DNA of 62,681 nt, the filler included, from Choristocarpus tenellus KU-1152 (taxonomy: Eukaryota > Protista > Phaeophyceae), in NCBI GenBank assembly GCA_964200185.2. It is 8 parts of 8 records of this genome, joined end to end, with 100 filler letters (N's around TTAATTAATTAA, not from the genome) between each part and the next. Parts side by side here need not be neighbours in the genome. Positions count along the whole stretch, not along the records: positions 38,172 to 58,596 come from CAXNAD020000396.1; positions 58,697 to 62,681 come from CAXNAD020016798.1; 6 more parts are not named here. One strand, written 5' to 3'. Positions 54,001 to 62,681 of this stretch are shown one piece after another; position 1 is the stretch's first letter; each line of letters starts with the position of its first letter. The notes beneath the pieces were generated by a model. The model did no database searches. It saw only the letters and a program-made list of their open reading frames with translations, and was not told the origin of the DNA. The position numbers were made by a program, and so were the translations under genes.

Positions 54001-57000
54001 GGGTGTCAGCAACCTACATGAACAGCAGCAGCAACAGCAGCAACAGCGGGGTGAGGGGGAAGAGGCAGTGATAGAGGGGGTACACCTGGAGAAGACCTGG
54101 AGCGTGACACGGCAATCAGAGTGGGTGGAGGCTGGGGAGGACGGAACATATCTAGCGCTAATATCCTGTGTGAGTCCAGATCCAAACGTGCCCAGCCTAT
54201 GGTTCTGGTGTGTGGCTGAAAGGCACTCAGTGGCACTGTCTGACTGTGAGGCATGCCGGTCAGGAGCTGTAGGGCACCAGCGTCACCCTGGGCAGATGAA
54301 AATCCATCTACGCCCATTGGCTCTGGTGCTGAACCACTGCACACAACTGGTGAGTATTCTTCTAGAGGAGGCAGGAGGCATCGATGTCTCCACAGTTGCC
54401 TTACGTGGTGATGGTAAGGGGGTAGGTGACCAGGAAGATGAAGATGAGGATGGCATTGGTGATGAGTTGACCCTGAGAGGTGGGGCACAGACTTTGAGAA
54501 GACGGGATAATAACCTCCGCAGCATCGCTGCTGCAAAGACGAAGCTCACCTCCAAGCTACACAAGATTCGTCATAGCTCTGGGTGTGTGACCTCCATTGA
54601 CAGCAGCTCTGCTGTCCACGATGAGGGGAAGGAGGGACAAGCAGCAACCTCCACATTGCCGAGCTCACTCTCTCACCAGAGACTTCTTGTTGAAGAAGAT
54701 CAGGAGGGCTCCCAGTGGGGTTTCCCAGAGTCGAGTGAGTCAATGAGCAGGTCGTGGGAAGGAGTGGAGTGCCCAGCGATGCTTGAACCTGGAGGGAAGA
54801 TGGCTGTTCTTCAGCAGCCGTTTATGGACTATTGCCTTGCTGTGGGAGGTGGTAGCAGGGAAGGCTCTATGCTGGATGATGTCAATACGAATTATCGGCA
54901 TCGAAAAAGGGATGGCAAGAGTGGACAAGATCACACCTTCCACCCCTTTCAGATTTTTGTACCAGGAAAATTTCTGGCTCACAGCTGCAAGCCACTTTGG
55001 CTTCCACCACACCGCCGTGCCCTCAAGGAGAACCTGCTATGCCCTTTGATAGTTGTGGCATCACGCACGAGCAATGGCAACAGAAGGAGCAGCAACTGGC
55101 CCACCCTGACCTTTGACATTCAACCTGGCCTAAGTGTGACAAATCACATGCCCTTGCCGCTGTCCCTGCGTGCCGTTTTCTCGTTGCCCCAAGATACGGG
55201 CACAGTAACAGTAAAGGGGAAGCAGATGGCTCAAAGGTCGGGGGATGGAGATGGGGTTGAGGAGGTCAAAGGGATAGGGGTGACCGCACAGGTTAGGGCT
55301 GGGCAAGGTATGGGAACTGGGAGGGGAGCTGCATTGAATCCAGGGTTGGGGAAGAAGGGGACACCACATCCACTCCATCAGGAAGACACTGAGGCTCCTG
55401 TTTCCACCCCTCACAAGAGGTCATTTGTGAAGGTGTTGGACATCCCTGCTGAGAGCTCACAAAGCTTGTGGCAGATTTGTGACACCAATGGTCTACCAGC
55501 TGCAATGTTCTTTCCAAAGATGAGTTGTGAGTTTGGTGTGGGCCGAGGTGGAGGAGGAGGAGGACTAGGGGTGGGTGTGGGGGAAGCACCTGTTATGTCT
55601 GCAGGGAAAGAGTCAACGACAAGAGAGGAACACAGTGACGGCATGGAAGAGATGCTTCTTGCAGACCCCCAGATGGTCAAACTTGACGAGGAACTGGACA
55701 AATTACTGTTTCTGCCGCTGGCAGCCAATGCTGGAGGCAGAGACAACAGTGGCACCGCCATGCTGCCTGTATGGCTAACAATGGGTAAAGAGCTTGTCCC
55801 TGGGGGAGTGGAACTTGTGCGACTTGAAATTCGACCACGAGTGCTTTTGCACAATGCTACAGGGCTGCCCATAACGCTAGACTTGAGCCCACAACTACAA
55901 CATGCACCTGGCGTCAGGGCTTTTGGAGACATTGCCTCTGATGATACTCTCGCCAATTCCACCATCACTGGCACCTCCCCTGACTATCCCACAGAGGGGT
56001 GCTTACGTCTTGACCTGGCGGCCAAGGGCCAAGGGAGCAGAAAGATTATTGTGGCATGGAACAGGTGCCACAGCAGCGCCGGTGCTGGACTCAATAGTGG
56101 TGGAATGAGGCATGGGATCCAGCAATCGGGCAGTGGTGACATACAGTCCACAGCTGGATCTGTGGGCCTCCTTCGACGAGGGTTGCACCGCTTGATCAGG
56201 ACTGCCAGTGGTCAGACCTCTTCCTCTCACAGCATGGGGTATTCTGTTGGCCTTCGATTTGGTTTTGAAGGAAGAAATGAGGATCAAACCACTGGATGGA
56301 GGTCTGATAACCAGAAAGAGAGCAGTCATAGTGGGAGAGAGTACAATACATTGTTGCTCAGTGAAGCAGGAGAGGGAGGAGCACTCCACCAAAGCCGCTC
56401 GTCACTTTCTGTTCTGGGGGAAAGGGGTCAGCGAATAATTCGTGTATGCGTATCCATTGAGGAGGTGTCAAGGACGCACCATGTACTCTTTCACCGTGAC
56501 CCGCAGCCAGCTCTGACAATAACCAACAACTTTGAAGGAGTTCTCACCATAAAGGTTGATGGAGGGAATCCCTTGACCATCACACCAGGGGCAACAGTAG
56601 AATGTTCTTGGCCAGAGGATGCATCAATAGACCGCAGTGGCATCAACCCTAATCAGTCACTGCAACAGCGGCAGAGTCAATATCTTTCTCGCCCAACAAT
56701 TAGGGCTGGGTCGAAGAAGACTTCTTCCCCTTCCGTTGGATTGGAGGGCATGATCGGTGGGGGAGAATTTGGGTCTGTGGTGGGATCTCCATCGAGCAGA
56801 ACCAGGCTGGTGGGTAGTTCTATATCGAGCAGTGGCACCTTTAAAGGTGGGTTTGCACTGAGACACTGGTTCCAGTGCAAAGTGGGTGGAGAGAACTCTG
56901 CTGCTGAGTGGTCCAAGGAGCTGTGGGTTGCACAAGGAGTACAGGTTGTTGGCCTTGACCCTAACTGCAGCACTGGGGTTGTTACTGACGGTGGGATAAG

Positions 57001-58303
57001 TGTTGCAGAAGGAGAATCAGCGGAGGAAGATACATTTTGGGGTGGAGCAAGTGATAGACTGGGGTCGGAACGGCATCAGGATGTGCAGGTGCAGGTGCAT
57101 ATTATGGAGCTTGCTGGCACATTCGTCATGTACTTAGCGGAAGCAACCTTTGGGGACGGTGTACTGAAGGAAGGTGTTGGTGAAGGGCAACACCTCAAGG
57201 ATCCTCTAGAGAGCAGGTCAATATATGCATATGCATAAATATTTTGTGGTCTGCACTCGGTGCTTGTTATACCTCACCTTGCCTCTCTACCCTCCACCTC
57301 ACAGGATCGCTAGTGTCTCTTCCCCTCCCTCTTGGTTGTTGACTCAAGTATTCTCGAGAGCCACAAGCTTGTTCAACATTCAAGTGATCCCCTTACCCCT
57401 AACCCATGTTTTTCACATAAATTGTAGTCATCACTTCTAGTTGTTCCTAATTTCCTATTCCTGTATTTCTCTTTCATCCTGGGTTGTTCTCCCACATCAG
57501 GAGGGACCTCCTTGAGGAGTGGGCAAACAGAGTGGAGCAACAAGTGATGGTCAGTGTTATGCATACAACTGTGCTTTTCCTAGACGAATCACAGCTCCTG
57601 GCATTGGTGTCGGCTGTTGGTAGAGTAGCGCCATCAGGAGGGCTAGCGGAGGGAGGGGCACAGGAATGGCCTGGGAGGCTTGACAGGGCTACTGCAGGGA
57701 GTCTGGTGGGTACTTGTTTAGAGGAAGCACAGCTTTGTGTATGTTCAAGAAGTATGGGTGCGTGCTCTGTACACATCTGTGTATCCAGGATTTGTGAAAA
57801 AGAAACCCTCAGCTCCCCACTCTTGCTGTAACTTTTGTCATGTTTCCAAGCTTTTGCATCGCCCAAGAGGAGAGACGGGGGAGTGGATACAGAAACTTGT
57901 GATCTGTTGAGGTTGTTATCTGATTATGCCAGAGCACAAGTATAGCAGTTGTATCAATATAGTTCTATTTTCGAACTACGAATTCAAAGTAGGAAACAAA
58001 AGCTGTGAAGAAAATACAGGCAACCCAACATGTTTCCCTCTTGCTCCCATTGGACCTGCTATCTACATGTATTTTTCTATGCCCCAGGAGGGTGTGGGAG
58101 CCCCCCTCTTACAGAAAGCAAACGGGGGTGCTGCAGCTATCCCAGGTATCTGTAGTGTGTACCTGGATAAGGGGATAGCAAGGCACTGGCAAGGCGCACC
58201 AGTTGCACAATTGGGTGCATTGGCAATGTCTGCCTTGGACGTGGAGCGCTTGGCACACCTCAAAGGTTATCAGAGGGTTGACACTCGGCTTTATGGCCTA
58301 CAG
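39023..58303 (+). CDS. VPS13B: VPS13B-like bridge-type lipid transfer protein, internal ~4,050 codons (both ends missing)
   Basis: Phase-consistent exons 39023(or 39008)-39211, 40359-40458, 42089-42323, 43568-43650, 44022-48997, 49390-50607, 50903-51460, 52141-52902, 53639-57216, 57501-57738 and 58088-58303. Motifs: GWLRSWWW after the chorein region, PGEMVVN...FWRYWNMRRV, HYLVVNRTDRPVWYGQAST.E.LLL...YSWRT and HRDPQPALTITNN, recalled as matching VPS13B segments. Repeated beta-groove-like composition. Confidence 0.75.
40912..41636. mobile_element. Stowaway-like (Tc1/mariner) MITE, 725 bp, with long TIRs and TA target duplication
   Basis: TA|CTCCCTCTGTCCCAT...ATGGGACAGAGGGAG|TA; the imperfect inverted repeat extends about 110 bp (to ggaatattctacat). 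A solo extra end TA|CTCCCTCTGTCCCATAAG lies at 40714. Confidence 0.85.
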
Positions 58304-58787
58304 GTGTGTTGGTGAACAATTTGTTAGTCCTCACTCTAAATAGAAGAGGCCCAGAGTTTTTTCCCTTCATGTAATTATTGTTTCTTGGAAGTGACGATTT
58401 TTTGTACTCATTATAAGTACATATCAAGCGATTTTGGTGAGAGTGGAAAACACTTTCTGTGCAATGCTCTGTGTCTTGTAACAGATAGCATGGTACTCAT
58501 GTTTCATCTTAACATTGTCCTTTCACGCTGTCTGATGGTTATTTTACCCCCTCATGGAAGAAAATGTTAGGTAATGTGTGCCTATGAGAGGGGGGGNNNN
58601 NNNNNNNNNNNNNNNNNNNNNNNNNNNNNNNNNNNNNNNNTTAATTAATTAANNNNNNNNNNNNNNNNNNNNNNNNNNNNNNNNNNNNNNNNNNNNCCCA
58701 GATACTTTGACCCTTGAATTGAAGGTTAGAGCGGCAAGACCACTAGCCATCAGGAGTGATAAGAGTGTGTAGCTGACGGCACAATGA

Positions 58788-59221
58788 GATCCGAAGCATT
58801 TAAGAGGGTAGGAGTTTTGCCCTGTTTGTCCATTCGGGGCTTGACTTCCCATGAGTTGTTATGCCCTTTTTCGTTTTATTGTGTGAACACAGTTACCTAA
58901 AGTGTATACAACTATGAAAGATGTGTCCAGAGCAAGGACATTGACACTTGCTAACACATGTGATAGCCAAAATTCATCAGGGTCAACGTATCTGGAGGGG
59001 GGTGGCGGCTGTCCATTTGGGGTCAATTTTTTCATGTCACGTTTTTTTGGTGATTTGGTTTCATACTTCCGATGGATAATGTAAATGCACTTTTCCTTAT
59101 TTTGACCCAAATGAACACTCAGGTGTAGACCCCCCCCCCAGATTCTTTGGGTCTCAAAATCGCTACATTGAATTTTGGACCTCAAACGGACACCGCCCTA
59201 ACCTCTTAAATGCTTTGAACC
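58788..59221 (-). mobile_element. Family-A MITE carrying a nested family-B MITE
   Basis: GATCC-GAAGCATTTAAGAGGGT ... ACCTCTTAAATGCTTT-GAACC, flanked by TGA/TGA. Confidence 0.85.
58980..59153 (-). mobile_element. Family-B MITE (174 bp) nested in a family-A copy
   Basis: GGGTC-AACGTATCTGGAGGGGG ... CCCCAGATTCTTT-GGGTC, flanked by TCA/TCA. Removing it and one TCA restores the family-A sequence gccaaaattcatcaaaatcgc. Confidence 0.88.
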
Positions 59222-60859
59222 TGAGCTTCCATGTTTTAAGCTACTGTGATACCTAAAAGTATGCCACACCAACGTAGAAGCTAACGAGGTCGCCCAAATT
59301 GAGCCATGTAGTGGTAAAAGCTTGACAGTGATGGACACTGTGAAGCAAGTCACTGGTATATCAATGGGAATGGAAACGGGGGTGATGGTGCTTTTCTCCT
59401 GCAAACTCTATTGTTCCTTATCTCTCTTTTTTTCTTCCACTGCTTTTTTTATTTTGGTCCTTGTTGCCTTTCTCGAGGAGTACGTAGTGCATTCTTTTGA
59501 CTACCATTCGACCATGGGTCTGGAATCCCTTGGATCAAAATGACAAAATAATAACTAACAATAACGAATCAGATCAATTGAGAGGTAACCAGATTTGGAT
59601 TCTTTTGCATTCCAAGTCATCCCTTACCCTCTGCAATACACTGTTTCATTTCCTTTTGCACACAATAGTGTTCGCAAAATCGATTTCCCCTTTCCATACA
59701 CAAGGCAACACCACAATTCAGCAAAGGCTCCTTCTGCAATTGTACAAAATGATATGTTTTTGCCATTTCTCGGGATCCTTAACATACAACCATGCCTACC
59801 TCTCTGTTGTTTGACTCAATACCCACCCACATTTTCCAGAGGGTTATTTATATACTACCAGTGCAAAAAATACCCAAGAGACACGTCACATCTAACGATT
59901 TCTAAGTTTATCTTAATTAGGTTTGCCCATATGCCACGAAAGAGTTTTTCATCACAACACATGTAATAACCTCCACAGTCAGAAATTATCCAACTTCAAT
60001 CTGGAGCAGGAATGGGCGGAGGTTTCCGGTGCGATTGTGGCAGGTGTCAGGGCGGAGGAGCCCCGTATAAGTCTTGCCTGTGCATACACATTACCTGTAA
60101 CACCCTTACCTCCTCTACAGCCGACATTCCCTCGCTGCTAAAAACTACCATCCATGTTTAATGCAGGGGACAACACGCAGCTTTGTCCTGAATATGCTCA
60201 CTCTGCAGTACTCCAGCTGGACGCTAAGTCCGGTCAAATGAAAAAACTTCTCCTGTGGAAGGCGAAGGACATCATCACACATGGCTTAGAAAGCTAATTT
60301 TGCGGATAACACACACACACACACATATTCCGCCACAATCTTGGTAATAAAGTAAAGTAGCTCCATATATATATATATATATATATTCCTTTGTACTTCA
60401 TATATATATTCCTACAAAACACAGTCCAAAAATGGAGGAAAACATACATATCTTCGTACTTATAGAATTCTTGGACCAGAAACATCAATTTGATACGAAA
60501 AAATATAGGCATGGTTGACCCTCACGAAAGTAGGTAAGTCATCTCTGAAGAGGTCGGAAAACCAGATGCCAACACAAAATCAGTCATTGAAGTAGGGTAG
60601 AGGGGGGGTAAAGGTTGACGTTGAAGTATCCGTATTTTGGTTTGATATGATCTCCTTCACTTCTCGTGAAAACTTGGGAACACGTAACTGTGCACAAGTA
60701 TGACAATGGTAATGAGGTGTACCCTGTTATTGTGTATGTGAGATTATGCCATTGGATTGAATCTATGTGATCTAACTAATGAGATAGTACAACTGGACTA
60801 TGTATGGGGTTTGATTTTGAATTAAAATTCTCTGACATAACCGTTGACTTGTATTTGAG

Positions 60860-61030
60860 GCACAAATAATAATATAAATGCATTAAGAAGTCACCCCACC
60901 AGGTCACGCTTCTTTTCAAACATGTAAACATATTCAGTAATAGGGAATCGTGTGAGGCTCCACACCTTCTTGTCTTCACTACTGATCAAATAGCAATACT
61001 TTCTTTCCAAGGTTAATTGCATAGTAACCA
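60860..61030. repeat. Dispersed degenerate repeat, copy 2 (copy 1 at about 1583-1755)
   Basis: Same blocks as the 1583-1755 copy. Confidence 0.7.
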
Positions 61031-62681
61031 TTGAACAAGCAACAGTTAGATCTCGAGGAGTTGTGTTGCAAAATGATCGGACAGGCCTACGTCCCTTGAG
61101 AATTGGGTAGTCAAACCCAAAGATCCGTATTTTGCCATTGAAATAACGTATTGCCAGTTGATATCTCGCAGCATACCCTCGATATATACGCAAGCTTTTA
61201 AGTTACCATCCTTCACCATATAGTAAACGCCGTTTCCGAAGTCTTGTTGTCACAGCATCCTTTGACCACGTTTCCTCTCCAAAGTTGTGTTATTGGAGAG
61301 CAGATATGATCTCGTTGGCATCATCTCGTCAACAGGAACAAGTTGCAAGGTCTAACCTCCTTGAACGCCCGAATTATATCCCTCCGTTTTGCCGGCCCTA
61401 TGAAGACTCCTCTGGGCGACCACCTGCCGAGGCCTGTTGTGCACCCCCCGAGGCTTAAGGGGGGCGCATTGTTTGCCCTGCGTTTGACCACCCCCTTTAA
61501 AACTTCTTTGCGCTGGGTGTTAAAAGTAATTAGTGAGTTGAGTGTTCCAGACAAACTGCGAAGGGGGTGGTGCAAAGGTCCAAAATAGAGACTCCATTGC
61601 CAATCTAACTACATGCAGCAAACCGGTTGCATTGGACTGATTGCCAATGATAATACTAAAATAAAAAGAAGTTAGAGTCAAGAGCAATAAACTACTTAAA
61701 TCACGGAGGAAGGAACTCGAACCCCTGGACAATAAGCAGGGCCATGTGCCAAGGCAGGGTGCCAAATACCTTGTTTGATCTTATTTACATACAAGGGATG
61801 TAAACACCAGAATTTGGTCAAATGGACTGAATTATTGTTTGGGGTCTTCTGATATACCTAAACATCAACCCTGGCTGGGTATGCAACCTGATGATGTCAG
61901 CAACTCTTTCCATCAACATTTTCCAGAGCAAAATATTACCTCCTGAAAGATTCAAATTACTCAAAGCAACAGCAGTTACTTATTCGGTTAGATAGTTTCA
62001 TATATTACTTTCACACACATTAGAGATGAGTGCGAGGAAATTTGAATGTTAATACGGTAAGATGATACCACATATATACTACTATTATGTACTAGCTGGT
62101 CCCTCCCCAAATCCTTTCATTACCTCCACTTTTTTTTCGAACATTTTCTGGCGAGAAGTGACAGTGACCACTATTCATTGACTTGAAGAACCCACCTTCA
62201 TGTAGTACTTATATTACAACGTAATTGTTTGTGCTTTCAGGGTTGAATGTTTTGGAAATGAGTTTTACATGTGATCAGACGATTTGATGGAGGAAAGATA
62301 CGTTGAATTCCTGAAGTTATGGGTCTTCATCCTCCCTACGTGTTGTTGATGAAGGGTCGATGAACTTGACTATATTTCACAGATAAGCACATATCTAATG
62401 ACGAAATTATTCCTGTATATAGAATATAGAATGTAATGAGTAGAACATAGTAAATCAGAAGGACAAAATTGTAATAATGACTTGAGCGCCTTTGATTGAT
62501 CGATAAAGTTGGTCAGAAGGGATTTTTTTTATAGTCCCACTGTTCAACTGACTTTTAAAGTTGGACCACCCGAGTATAGTCACTTATTATCCAAAACAAA
62601 TGTTGGTTTTGCATAGTGCCTCGTCGTTCCCTCATCACCCCTAACCCCCCAACACACCTCACAATTAAATGGCTAATTGCA

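Noticed and set aside
18660-58696. Seven identical TTAATTAATTAA motifs embedded in N runs, and ORFs ending in XXX-LIN
   Set aside because: Artificial contig-concatenation linkers, not biological repeats; gene neighbourhoods across them carry no meaning.

Overview
Eukaryotic, intron-rich genomic DNA. It is probably a brown alga or related photosynthetic stramenopile; this is inferred from a flagellar outer-arm dynein, a bipartite plastid-targeting presequence and a GAL3ST-type sulfotransferase. The window is not contiguous: eight contigs are joined by artificial 100-nt spacers (N44-TTAATTAATTAA-N44), so neighbours across spacers are unrelated. Host genes assembled by hand from splice sites: the first 22 exons (893 codons) of an outer-arm dynein gamma heavy chain, an intronless plastid-targeted protein of unknown function, three internal exons of a galactose-3-O-sulfotransferase-family gene, an LRMDA-like LRR gene, and about 4,050 codons of a very large VPS13B-like lipid-transfer protein with 5.0-kb and 3.6-kb exons. 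Mobile DNA: a decayed DIRS/Ngaro-type retrotransposon, a chromodomain-bearing LTR element end, a pogo relic, a Stowaway-like MITE, and an abundant two-family non-autonomous DNA transposon system. That system is the most unusual signal. It has a conserved AAAGTATCT inverted core set 5 nt inside variable quasi-palindromic G-R-N-Y-S termini and 3-4-bp target duplications of no fixed sequence; I cannot place it confidently in a known superfamily.
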